Below, piece by piece: positions 1 to 11,488 of a stretch of DNA of 64,000 nucleotides. Location: NCBI RefSeq assembly GCF_004010195.1, contig NC_057728.1, positions 42,847,552 to 42,911,551 on the forward strand, written 5' to 3'. This stretch comes from Chiloscyllium plagiosum (lineage: Eukaryota). Positions within the stretch are counted from its first letter, which is position 1, and the number at the start of each line of letters is the position of its first letter. Under the pieces are notes generated by a model. The model was not told where the DNA came from and made no database searches. It was given only the letters and a program-made list of their open reading frames with translations. Made by a program: the position numbers and the translations under genes.

Positions 1-296
1 CAACTCAACCTTCAATTTTCCCTTATCTACATGGCCTATCTAACAATAGATAATTGTTACAATTTAAATTCTTAGCTACATTGCCATAGATTGAGAAACC
101 ATCCCATCATTCCTACATCACATTCCTACAGCATCATTTATCAAGAGAGTGCTTATTAGTATGCACTTAAATGTCAATCTTAATAAATTCCCCCATTTCA
201 AACCTCACAGCCACCCCTCAATTGTATGTATTGCTAATTGAAATACACTTATTTATTTAACACATAATCATCTGTTCGTAAATAACTTAAGTATTG

Positions 297-1266
297 CTGA
301 GAAAAAATGCATTTTGTACAAGCTTTTAATCTTATGCTCATCAGGACATTTTGCAAAAATACAAATTCAAGGGGAAATCCAACATTTATACTACAAGAGG
401 GAAGGATGCTGATAGTTAAAGATATTGTCATCTGTTGATGTTTATTGACAGTTAACACCCAGAGTTTACTTAAATTTTAAATTAGGTAAGTTGACTTTGA
501 TTGATCAGGCTATTGTCCTGAAAAATGTTTCAGTGTAATGCCAGATAAGGAAGGTGCACATTGCAAAGTCTGGCTGATTGCATCAAAAAACATATCCATT
601 CAGCTGTTCACAACATGTGAGATGTTGAACATAGCCAACTAGCCCACATTTCTAAAAATAATAACACTGTGCCAAACATTAGATATGATTCTGCAGTTAG
701 ACAACATTTTCTGGATAACCCTGAATGCTGAGAAATTATATTGCCAACCAATTTAAAGTTGCCATTAGGCTCACATTGTGGTGCATTTGCATGTACTGGA
801 AGCTATATAATAATATGAATATATATATAAAGTATCCAATTTCCTATTCATTGCAAGCAGAAAGACCATATGTGTGTAGAAGAAGGGCTTATGTCCGAAA
901 CGTCAATTCTCCTGCTCCTTTGATGTTGCCTGACCTGTTGCGCTTTTCCAGCAACACATTTTTCAGCATATGTGTGTATTGCCTGGTTCAACTCTATAAA
1001 ATGAGTGACAGGCATTCGCCAGTCAATTTCTCAGGGCCATGCCCTGAACAATCAGAATCAACCTACACATTTAAAATTTAAACAAAATTTTGGTGTTAAC
1101 TTTCAATCACCATTAATAGGTTCATCCTCCAGGGAAATGTTTCTACCAGTCAGAGTCTACATATCAACCAGGCAGCATTCTCCTGTCCTATTAGTTTATC
1201 CCTTGAATTGGTATTCTTGTGAATTGTCCTGATGAATGCAAGATGAAAAGCTCTAACTTTTCTCAG
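297..1266. mobile_element. Old diverged inverted repeat pair (~297-530 minus, ~1020-1266 plus), probably Penelope-derived
   Basis: Reverse complement of 320-372 aligns with 1200-1252 and of 448-530 with 1025-1104; both contain CTGATGA...AAAAGCT hammerhead-like remnants. Confidence 0.55.
879..966 (+). mobile_element. Penelope-like pLTR fragment with partial hammerhead
   Basis: GAAGAAGGGCTTATGTCCGAAACGTC...; 12-bp TSD CATATGTGTGTA at 867-878 and 967-978. Confidence 0.75.
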
Positions 1267-1546
1267 TACATTTAACATGTGTCATATTTGATGGGACGGC
1301 ATTATCTATTCCACCCCAATTTCTCCAGTTCTTCTGTATACAGGCAGTATGGCATCAAGGTAAGCAAAGAGCCTGCAAATATTTTACCTGTTAATGCTGC
1401 CACAAAAGTGCCCTTTGCAAGGAAAAACAAAGTTGGAAAGTCTTGTCATTTATCTTGTTGCAAATAATGATTGAGTTAATCTTTCTTATAACTATTGTGT
1501 TATGTATGTGTACTGACTGTTATTGGTACCTGAAATCCATATGTAG

Positions 1547-1675
1547 AATAAGACAAAAACAGAAGGAAGGAGGCACATACTCTCCAAGGGATGCAGAAAT
1601 TATTGACACTAAATTCAAGCTGGACCAGATGATTGCAGTGACCGACCTGGAGCTAAAGGAGGAGAAGCTGACACG
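1547..1675 (+). CDS. PTPRQ: PTPRQ juxtamembrane exon (129 nt, phase 2-2)
   Basis: atgtag|AATAAGA...ACACG|gtaagc; encodes [42 protein letters not shown](R). Confidence 0.95.
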
Positions 1676-2623
1676 GTAAGCTTTTGAAATCCCAGCAGCC
1701 AATGAGTCATGACCCTATTCTGACCTGTACTTATTTGCAGTGCCATTATTTACTGAGATCACACTCCTTTTTGAAAGGCCAAATTCCATCATTTAGGAGC
1801 TTCATACCAGTTTAAAAAAAGCAGTCAATCTTCCTTGGGTTTAATTCTTCCAAAAAAAAAGCAACATGTTGTTTATGTCTTAAAACGGAATAAGTACACT
1901 GAAATTCAAATTGATTTCAAGAAAGATTAAAGGTTATTTGAAAAGTACATGTTTTAACATGATAAATTCTAACTATATTTTGCTCATGTGTTGGTGCAGT
2001 TGATTGAACAAAATAGATCAGAAATTCAGGTACAGGATAAAAGAACTGATTGTGAAATGTGAATGAGTGAAAGAAAGAACTTTAGCTTGTAATTACTTTG
2101 CTTATTCAACTCACTATCTGCATATCAGGTATAAAATTATATCCATACTTTGCCTTTGTATTTTTGATTGTTCTTCTTTCAAATATGCACTAAATATTAG
2201 AAATGTTAAAGGATCAATTCATTCAAATGAAATATTCCAGTGTGATTTAACTTAAAATTGCACATCACAAGAACAAGAAAGTAGTCTGGTAATGCTAAAC
2301 AATGATAGCAGGAAATAAAATAAAATTTAGAGTAAAGATTAATTAAAAATAATGAAGGAATTGTTTTTGAAAATATTTAGAAACTATTGTGATCAGGGGC
2401 CAAACTAATATAGTTCATCTTTGCATGGATGAAGTAAAAATCATTAAATACCTTGATTTAGACTTTGGTACTCACCTTTCCATACCATCTTTTGTGGAAA
2501 CTTAAAGGACAGGCTGGGGAGGAAATTTATTATGTTCATAGTTTCTCATCTGCTCAATACCTGGTGCCCAGGTTGCTGCTTAAGGAAATGATAGGCAATT
2601 TAGAGAGAAATGCCACCACATAT

Positions 2624-2914
2624 GATTAGATTAGATTCCCTACAGTGTGGAAACAGGCCCTTTGGCCCAACAAATCCACACCGACCCTCCGAAAAGCAAC
2701 CCACCCAGACCCAGTCCCCTACATTTACCCCTGTACCTAATACTATGGGCAATTTAGCATAGCCAATTCACCTAACCTGCACATCTTTGGACTGTAGGAG
2801 AAAACCGGAGCACCCGGAGGAAACCCTCACAGACAGTTGCCCGAGGCGGGAATTGAACCCAGGTCCCTGGTGCTGTGAGGCAGCAATGCTAACCACTGAG
2901 CCACTGTGACACCC
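2624..2914 (-). mobile_element. HE1-type tRNA-derived V-SINE
   Basis: Minus strand: tRNA-like head with A/B boxes (TGGCTCAGTGG...GGTTCAATTCC), central TCCTCCGGGTGCTCCGGTTTTCTCC domain, CR1-like tail ending (AATCT)n. Confidence 0.85.
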
Positions 2915-3947
2915 AAAATATGTTTCTCGTAATTTGTGCCATTTGGTAATTTAAGAGCTGCCCAGCAGATCCAATAACCCCCTGATATGAGCTTGATGGC
3001 CCAATTTTGAGTTTGTTGTCATCTGTTCCTGTTCAGGCACTGAAAAAGGATAAAAACTCTAAAGAGGCAGACAATTTTAAAAGATGGTCTGTCATTGTTA
3101 TATTCTTATTTTGACGTGACTAACAATGTAACTAAGGCAGCTACCTGATTTAAGTGACCCCAGACCAGAAGATCAGCCTTAGGCCATTCCCGATCCTTCC
3201 AATTTCCCTAACCAGAAGAAACCTAGGCGATTTTTCTCAGAGTACTGTTATCAACAAGACATGTACGCTGCTTCCTTCTGCACCCCTGCATTTTCAGGAT
3301 CTAAAATCAAACACAAGGTGCCCACATTTGCATTCATAATCCTATACACAATGAATATACATAACATTGGGGCAGTATTAATCCTTATACTCAATTTCTT
3401 CACATTAAATGAGTGTATGATTGTATTCTAGTTAAATATGATTGAACATATTTCATCCTACTGTTCATTTCAGGATAATGATATGGGGTTAAATAGCAGC
3501 ACTAAAATCAATTAGTGTATTAGATGTTATTTTTCTATTTATTTAGATATGTAGACCAATACTTGGGACCTTCATGCATTTTATAACCAGATTTGGAGAG
3601 TTTAAATTTTTAAATCACATTTGTATTTCTTTTGAGTTTTCTTGCGTATTTGAATTGTATTAGCTGCTAAATCACTAACTTACAACTGCTACTGCTATCC
3701 TTCTGTGAGTGACCATGTTTCACAGCATGAATTATCTCGTGTGACAATGTGAATTGCCATGTTTTACTTGCTGATTTAAAGAACTGGTGTTGTTCAAGAA
3801 TTACTAGTTGACCTGTTGGCAACAGCCCCTGTGTGCTACCAGCAAATACTCTTATTTAAAGACAAAATGTTAAAGCATGAAATTGAGTTTCAAAATCAAC
3901 ATTTTAAAAATTTACAGACTAACGTTCTGATGGCTCCTTTCTTACAG

Positions 3948-3992
3948 TTATTCCTCGTTATTCTTTAGACGCAAGGAAATTTATGTCATCCA
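3948..3992 (+). CDS. PTPRQ: PTPRQ 45-nt micro-exon (symmetric, probably alternative)
   Basis: Branch-like gactaac (3917-3923), cctttcttacag|TTATTCC...ATCCA|gtaagt; encodes (R)YSSLFFRRKEIYVI(Q) in phase with neighbours. Confidence 0.85.
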
Positions 3993-5318
3993 GTAAGTGA
4001 AGTACTTAGTCTGTTGAAGCTTCTGGTGCAATTTCACGCAAAAGTATATCAAGTTACAATAACAGGAACTATAAAATTAGATAAATGCTCCCTTATTCTT
4101 AAAGATTTCAGGGCACTTTAGAAATCTGATGACTAAAACATTTTAACATCTTCTTGGTATGTATATTTCGAATGATGACGCAAAGGAAATGATAATAATG
4201 TAGCCCACTAACAAGCACCTAATCGGTTACCTAATTTGTGCACCACTCAGTTTTCATATTCTACTCTTGTATCAGTTGAAACTGTCATCTATTCCTTTGC
4301 TAGTTCTAGACTTGAGGTTCCTACATTCTCCAAGACAATCTCCCATTTTGTATCCTTAATAAATTTGAGGTCATCCAAAGGTCTGTTTTCTCTGTCCTTA
4401 CTTGGATGAAGTACTGTTCACACATCACTTCTATGCTCACTAACCTACATTAGCTATCACCTGAGCAACACATCAAATTTAAAATTCTCAAATTCCTCCA
4501 TAGCTCTTCCCTATCTCTGTAATCTCCAGTGGTTTGACAGTCCTGTTAGAAATCTGTGCTGTTCTCATTATGCCCTCTTGAGCATTCCCAATTTGAACTG
4601 CTCCATAGTTGATGGCAATGCTTTCTACAGTGTCAGCCTAAAACTCTGGATTTTCCTCCCTAAATCTCTCTGCTTCTCTTCAGCATATGAAGTTTAGAAT
4701 GTTTGAAACATCTGGTTGAAATGCCTCTCATTTATTATTGGAACTTCGACATCTGATTGCCTTCTGAATGCATTGAATGAGAATTTTCCTTTCTGATGGT
4801 CTAACTGAGGATCAGTTGACTCCAAAAGGGTTTTACCATTCTTACAAAGCTCCAACAAATTGTAACGATAAATGAAATTTATGGCTCCTACATTTCTCTA
4901 TGGATAGCTAGTTAACACTTCAAACCAAAAATATGACCATTCTTTCTATGCCATTGAACATTAAGTTTAAAAAAGCTGATGTTTAATTTTATGAGACTCT
5001 TTATCAATTGATAACATTTTGAAACACCACTGTCACTAAAATAAAAAAAGTCTTGATTATTTGTATCAATAGTTTGAAGCATCAAAATAGCAACACACTA
5101 AGAAGGATGTAAATAATTCATTTGAGGAGGTAATGCCAAGTTAGTTTATGGTTAGTCACTTAGTTTAGTACATAGTAGAGCAGAAGCAGGAGATGGTGCC
5201 AGAAGACAACCAGCAGCAGAGTACCCCAGTGACCATGTGGATACTAGGTATGGCCCTTTCAGTACTTTGGCAAATATGGTATCACTGTAAAGTTGGACAA
5301 ACATTATAATCGGGGGTT

Positions 5319-5518
5319 GAGAGAGTGGTGCTAGAAAAGCACAGCAGGTCAGGCACCATCCAAGGAGCAGGAGAAACGACATTTCATCAAAATTCCTGAT
5401 GAAAATTCTTGCCCAAAGTGTTGATTCTCCTGCTCCTCGGATGCTGCCTGTCCTGCTGCGCTTTTCCAGCACTGCACTCTCGACTCTGATCTCCAGCATC
5501 TGCAGTCCTCACATTCTT
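5319..5518. mobile_element. Short Penelope-like fold-back with decayed hammerhead
   Basis: Left arm 5319-5385 reverse-complementary to 5420-5481; CCTGATGA at ~5395; tail ctctgatctccagcatctgcagtcctcac shared with copies at 5965 and 35451. Confidence 0.7.
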
Positions 5519-5964
5519 GTAACCTTAAAATGCTCCTGTTGCTATTTACTGTGAAAGATTATGCAAGTCCTGGCTTTGCTCAGTAGAGCTAATCAAAATG
5601 TTTTGTAGAATTAAATGCAGAAAATACTCTGGGTAGAATAATGTGGACATCTTGGAGTACAAATACATCAATCACTAGGTATTGTGTCCAGCTTTTAAGG
5701 AAAAAGCAAACCACACTCTGGCCTTTGGTTCTCAGGAAATAATTGAAAATTAAGGAATTTACACTAATCCTGTATCTAACATTGGTTATATTACAGTTGT
5801 ATTTACAAGGAAACTGGGCAATCAAATGAGGGAGAAGGTTATGATGGTAGATTTAGATGAGAATAATGAGAGGAAGTTCAAGTGGAGCATAAACATTAAC
5901 ATGGACTGTTGAGTCCAACGGTCTACTTCTGCTGTGTGACTCCAAGTTACGGATACATAGGTAA

Positions 5965-6023
5965 CAGCAACACATTTTTCAGCTCTGATCTCCAGCATCG
6001 GCAGTCCTCACTTTCTCCTAACA
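5965..6023 (+). mobile_element. 59-bp Penelope-like terminal fragment
   Basis: Same tail sequence; 13-bp TSD GATACATAGGTAA at 5952-5964 and 6024-6036. Confidence 0.75.
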
Positions 6024-6059
6024 GATACATAGGTAATCAGGATTTGAATTCTCCATTTG

Positions 6060-7200
6060 CAGTTTAAATGTCCTGTCAGTTTCAGCCTGCTCCTGTCCCA
6101 CTGAACTTATCTCCGCGTACCTTGACACTGTCCTGTTCCCCTTATTCCAGGAACTCCCAAAGGATACACTGGCAAGGCCTCCACCTACACTGTGCCCCAG
6201 CTCAGTGGATTCTCTATCCAGGAGCACAATTTGGTGAGCACACCACTGACTCACCTCTACAGGTGGCTGTGGAAGAATTGTCCCAGGACTCTACCATTCA
6301 GGGCACTCCCAGAGACCAGACATCTGCTCAGCCTCAGGCAGAAGACAATCCCATGCTCCTGGCCATAAATGCCTTTGTAAAGAAGCGCAGACAGGAACAG
6401 CATCAGGATTTTCAATGGCTATTGGCAGGCTGGATTGAAGGAAGGAGAAGGCTATCAACATTACCATTACTGTGGTGCATGTGTCTATCTGTCTCCATGG
6501 ATAAGTTGGAAACTGTCAGGGAGATTCAGGTGTTGCACACTCGGTGTCTGCCAGATATGTGTGTGGTCCTACTTCCATTGGCTCTAGCTGTAGGTACTAA
6601 ACATCAACAGCAAATTGAGAAGGGGAGGGGACCTTGACCTCACTCGACCTACCCCATGAACAACTGCACAAATCACATTCACGGATTCAGCATTGTCCTA
6701 CAGGGTATACATATATTTATGGGTAACCTAGCAGTCTATTTGGACTCTGAAATGTATGGTGGAAAGGGGTTTTCTAGATTGCTCTCAACTTGCTCTCTCT
6801 TACAAAGATTTCACTGCATGATACTTGGATATGATATGCTGACTGAAGCCTGAACAGCCACATAACCTTAGCACCAGGTGATGTTACTAAGCTCTCTCAA
6901 TGACAGCTTCTTTTTCCCTTACAGTCAATAGGACAGAGAAAGTGTAGGTAATTGGAAGGGCATTACCTGATGATATCAAGTGTACAATCAGATGGATCAT
7001 GAAATATTTAGTCAGCAACAGATAAAAATTGAAAGACTGCAGTAATAACAAGGTCATCATTCACTCAGTGACCCCGTTAAATTAAGCCAATCCCCAGATT
7101 TGAGATGACTGCCGTTCCCCAAGACACCATGGTTTTACCACCTCATAAGCTCTATGAACTATTATTGAGCAAGCCATTGGGACTGACTAGCCCACCCTCA
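6060..7200 (+). mobile_element. Probable decayed PIF/Harbinger-type DNA transposon remnant
   Basis: GC-richer low-complexity frame 6068-6637 resembling Harbinger accessory-ORF tails; IIEQAIG (7160-7182) resembles the transposase C-terminal motif. Confidence 0.3.
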
Positions 7201-7269
7201 GAATGACTTGGCAGAACTACCCCAACTTGAAACAACTCTGGAGTCTCCACAATTCCCTGTTTTGATTGC

Positions 7270-7613
7270 ATTAGATTACTTACAGTGTGGAAACAGGCCC
7301 TTCAGCCCAACAAGTCCACAACGACCCGCCGATGTGCAATCCACCAAGACCCATTCCCCTACATTTGCCCCTTCACCTAACACTACGGGAAATGTAACAT
7401 GGCCAATTCGCCTAACCTGCACATTTTTGGACTGTGGGAGGAAACCGGAGCACCCAGAGGAAACCCACGCAGACACATGAGAATGTGCAAACTCCACACA
7501 GTCGGTTGCCTGAGGCGGGAAATGAACCCGGGTCTCTGGCGCTGTGAAGCAAAAGTTCTAACCACTGTGCTAACCACTGTGCTACCGTGCCACCCACTGT
7601 GCCACCGTGCCGC
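7270..7613 (-). mobile_element. HE1-type V-SINE with duplicated 5' end
   Basis: Same consensus as 2624-2914; head motifs repeated at 7558-7613. Confidence 0.85.
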
Positions 7614-9789
7614 TCGTTTTACCTACTTGCAATCTCTAGACTGGTTATACTTGACCCACAGGGCTGACTGTGGCCTAATTCCTGGATTGTAAGCCCACAA
7701 TTCCCTGAATTTTGGCAGGAGTAAGTGCTTGATTGGCCATGGCCAACTCCAGACCAGAATTAGATGTGTCCCTTGACTGTAGTCCCCCTCTGACGTATAG
7801 ACATGGTAATTTGCTTGCAGCAAATGCGGTGTGTTTGCTCCCTAAACGCCTGGTACAAGCTGCATATGTAACATTGATGTAACCATGTCCACCCCTGACT
7901 AGTCAGTGCTCCCCATCGTGACAAGCTGCCTGCTTCTCTCATTATGCTGAAAAGCAATGCAAGTCACAAAGCAGCCTCTAAGGAAGCATAAATTGAATGA
8001 GTGTATAGAAGGCAGGATAAGGACCATAAGATGCATCCTCATTAGATGCATGTATGTGTCCCTGCATGAAAGGCAACAAGACAGAAGTATGCAAGTCATT
8101 TGTGTCCCCGAGTCCTAATGTAAAGTATTGAAGGGCCAAAACAGTGTGTGAGCTGGCTTAAAGGCTGGCATGCTGATGTGATGAGGTGTATGGTTTGCTA
8201 CTGCTGACTTCCATGGGAAAGGATAAAGGAAGATGGCAATCATGGAGCATACAGGGACATTGTGATGAAGAACTGAGACAAGTGTTCGACAAGCTTGAGG
8301 TGTCTTTTACCTTCTCTGGCGTATATTCTGGGAATTTGTCCTCTCTAGAAAGAGAATTGGAAATAGCACTAGGGGAGTTGGGCTCCTAATGAGATGCAAA
8401 TAAAGTATTTCTTGTTCAATAGCAAGATTGTGAAGTTGTCATTTAAAGCTTTAGGGGAAATCAGAAAAGAATTCTTTGATGCTGAGATTGCAATTTTTTC
8501 ATTCTAGCCAAACTTTTCCACCTTTCTCACCATTGCCCATGGCACATCAAAGAAGGGAAAAACCCATCTGTAATTGTCCCAAACTAAATAAACCATAAAG
8601 TACTTCTACCATAATGCTCAGTATTTTAATACATTAAACATTAAATAGTTTAAATCCTGATTGAAGGTCCATAAAGCCTATGATGGTTCAGAGAAGACTT
8701 GTTGTAATTGTGGTATTAAGCAAAATCAATTCAGAATGTATGCAGGATATTGTTACACATTAGGACCAAAGTAATGCTAAATGGACGTTGTAGAGTTCAA
8801 AATATTCAATATCTGTGCTTTTTCTCGATGGCATAATGAATAATGAACACTCATTATTACACTTTTGCATTTCAAATTTTCCTGGTACTGCTAATAAATC
8901 ATGAAACATGGTGGATTGCAATTTCTTGGCAACTTTGCTGTGTGCATTTCACTATTATAGTTATGGAAAGCTAACATACTGTTTATGGCCATAACAAATC
9001 TAGTAAAGAAAATTGTCCAGCTGTGAGATTCAGCTGTAAAATTGCTTGAAGTAAAATCAATACTCTCAATCTGAAATACACATTCTAAAAAAGCATAAAA
9101 ATATACCATAAAAATATGAACATCTGTGAAAATGGATAGTTTAGGGCTTAAAGAATAGACCCATACTGAAATAAAAAAATAAAAACGTGAATAAAACTCA
9201 ATAGTAATAAAAAGTTAATGATTCTAGTTGAGAAAGCTTACTCAGAAGATTTTCCGCCTTTGTTTTAAATTTAGAGAGCATAGAAATCATAAAAGTAAAT
9301 TTCATGGGCCTGAACAGGGATTCTATTGGAGTCTTTCAGGTTCAGAGAGACAGCTACTTATTAGAAAGGGCATGTGGAGGAAAACATCAGTTCAGGTGCA
9401 TTCCATTTATTCAGCAGCACATGTTTGCCAGAGATTCTGGTATCTACCCACCCAACCTACCATTTTACCCTTGGCTGATGAGCAGGGGATGGAGGGAGGG
9501 TTCTATGTGCAGTTAAGTAAAACTTCAGAATTTGTTTTCTTACTTTAGAGGTATTCAAGAGCCCAAGCTATTTGCCTGATCTGGACCTCTCAGCACAGTC
9601 AATGTTGGGATGCCAATATACCTTCACACGTAATGCCTGTGGAATAGCCCTTCCCCCTATTCTTGTAACTTACCTCTTTCCATTGCAACACTGAAAAGGT
9701 TCAGGACATCTATTTGGGCTCGGGAGGAACTTAGAGTGCAGATGGAACTATGATACAAAAATATGGAGGAGGGCATGTTTTGATAAGGA

Positions 9790-10645
9790 CATAAGAAATC
9801 TTCAAGGTGATATTGAGCAACTGGCCAAAAACCTGGCAGATGTCATTCCATGTGGGAAAGTGTGTGGTCATGCACTTTGGTAACAAGAGTCAAAAGAAAG
9901 ACTATTATTTAAATGAAGAGAGATTCCAAAAAGGATGCAGTGTAGAGGGATCTGGATGTACTTGTCTATGAAATGCAAGCATTGTGATGCAGGTTCAGCA
10001 AGTAATTAAGATATTTGACCCATATTGTTAGGGACTTGGTGTTTTAAAACAGGGAAGTCTTGTTACAACATGTTACAGGGAGTTGGTGAGGTACAACCCA
10101 AAATGCTTTGTGCAATTTGGTCCTTGTATTTAAAAGAAGAAACTACTGGCATTGGAAGTTGTTTAAAGAAAATTCACTAGTCTTGACTCCTGAGGCGCAG
10201 GAGTTGACATCAAGAACAGCAAAACAGGTTAGGTCTTTAATCATTAGACTTTAAATGAAGGAGGGATGATCTTATTGAAACATTAAAGATTCTGAGGGGC
10301 TTTGGGTAGATGTTGACAAGATGTTACCACTATTGCGAGAATCTGAAACTAGGAGGCATAGATACAAAATAAGGGGACACTGAAGTGTGAAGAAATGTTT
10401 CTCCCGGAGGGTTGTGAGTGTTTGGGATTCTCTACCTGAAAGAGTTGTGGAGGCTAAATGACTGAAAACAGTTAATTGGGGGATTACATAAATTATTGAA
10501 ATATCAAGCAGTTAAAGGGTGTGTTGAGGTGGCACGTAAGAAGAATTGATGCCTGGAGCAGACCCAGCCATAATCTTGCTGATGACAGGACAGGATTGAG
10601 GGGCCAAATAGCCTATTGCTGTTCTTATATTTTTATGTTTTTATG
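9790..10645 (+). mobile_element. CR1-clade LINE 3' fragment (decayed)
   Basis: WQMSFHVGKCVVMHFG-type RT C-terminal motif, CR1 3' UTR gggccaaatagcctattgct and short-repeat tail. Confidence 0.8.
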
Positions 10646-10839
10646 CTTTTTGTGTCATAAACATTGTCATAGTTTTTAAGTATATATATCTAAAATATGT
10701 GACAATTTAGTTTAAAATATAAAAATATGCTTTCGCTTTTCATAGTAATAATATTTGTTGCATATACTTTACGCTACTTCTTTGTATATTGTGTCAACTA
10801 TAAACAAATGCAAAACTTTGAAAAATCTCTACATTGCAG

Positions 10840-10866
10840 ATTACTCAGTTATAGGAAATCCCTCAA
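10840..10866 (+). CDS. PTPRQ: PTPRQ 27-nt micro-exon (symmetric, probably alternative)
   Basis: ttgcag|ATTACTCAGTTATAGGAAATCCCTCAA|gtaagt; encodes LLSYRKSL(K), matching the LLSYRKSIK segment recalled for PTPRQ. Confidence 0.88.
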
Positions 10867-10939
10867 GTAAGTGGTTGCAAATTTCTATTTTGTTGTTCAT
10901 AGCTGGATAAAATTTGATGTGGTTTCGTTTCTATTTTCT

Positions 10940-11030
10940 GTCAGATTAAAAGACAAGCAATATAAATCATAAAAGCATGACCAATTGCATGGTAACTGGA
11001 GAAGGGCTTTTTTTTTCTCCCTCTGGAGAG
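10940..11030. promoter_or_regulatory. Candidate orthologue of the Myf5 limb/hypaxial enhancer core (Pax3 paired site + Six/MEF3 site) in a PTPRQ intron
   Basis: AAATCATAAAAGCATGACCAATTGCATGGTAACTGGAGAA (10964-11003) closely resembles my recollection of the mouse Myf5 -57.5 kb element core; Myf5 distal enhancers are known to lie in Ptprq introns. Not verified by alignment. Confidence 0.65.
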
Positions 11031-11406
11031 AACCTTACATATCTGTGTTTCAGCTTTGGAAGCAATGTGGGCTTATTTAAATTCCTTGGAGAGCAGGACA
11101 GAATGATAATACTTTCATTGCATTTGTTTTTTATTCCTAATTCCAAGAAAGAACTTCAAGTTCCACAAAAGTCCTCAACACTTATCAAATCTACACATAC
11201 CCTTTTAACCATCCCTTCAAACAAATCATCACTATTTAAATATTTCCTTATCAGGCCTATGTGCCTTATTCTAAAGAATTGCAGTATCTTAACTCTAGAT
11301 ATTTTTGAGTTCAGTATATAATCCACAGAGTGATCTGTATGTTTGTGACAAATTTTGAAATAAATGATATGATTTTGTAATTTGTTTTGTTCAATCTATC
11401 CCACAG

Positions 11407-11488
11407 GCCCATTAGCAAGAAGTTATTCTTGCAGCATGTAGAAGATCTGTGTGTTAATAACAACATGAAGTTTCAAGAAGAATTTTCG
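11407..11488 (+). CDS. PTPRQ: PTPRQ exon (82 nt)
   Basis: ccacag|GCCCATT...TTTTCG|gtatgt; [27 protein letters not shown]. Confidence 0.95.

Noticed and set aside
2820..2914. tRNA genes here and at other SINE heads
   Set aside because: A/B boxes run on into SINE bodies and LINE-like tails; no complete cloverleaf.
6068..6637. 189-aa ORF as a nested host gene
   Set aside because: No recognisable domain or splice structure; better explained as a decayed transposon segment.
7558..7613. Short tandem repeats as an independent minisatellite
   Set aside because: They are duplications of the HE1 SINE 5' end.
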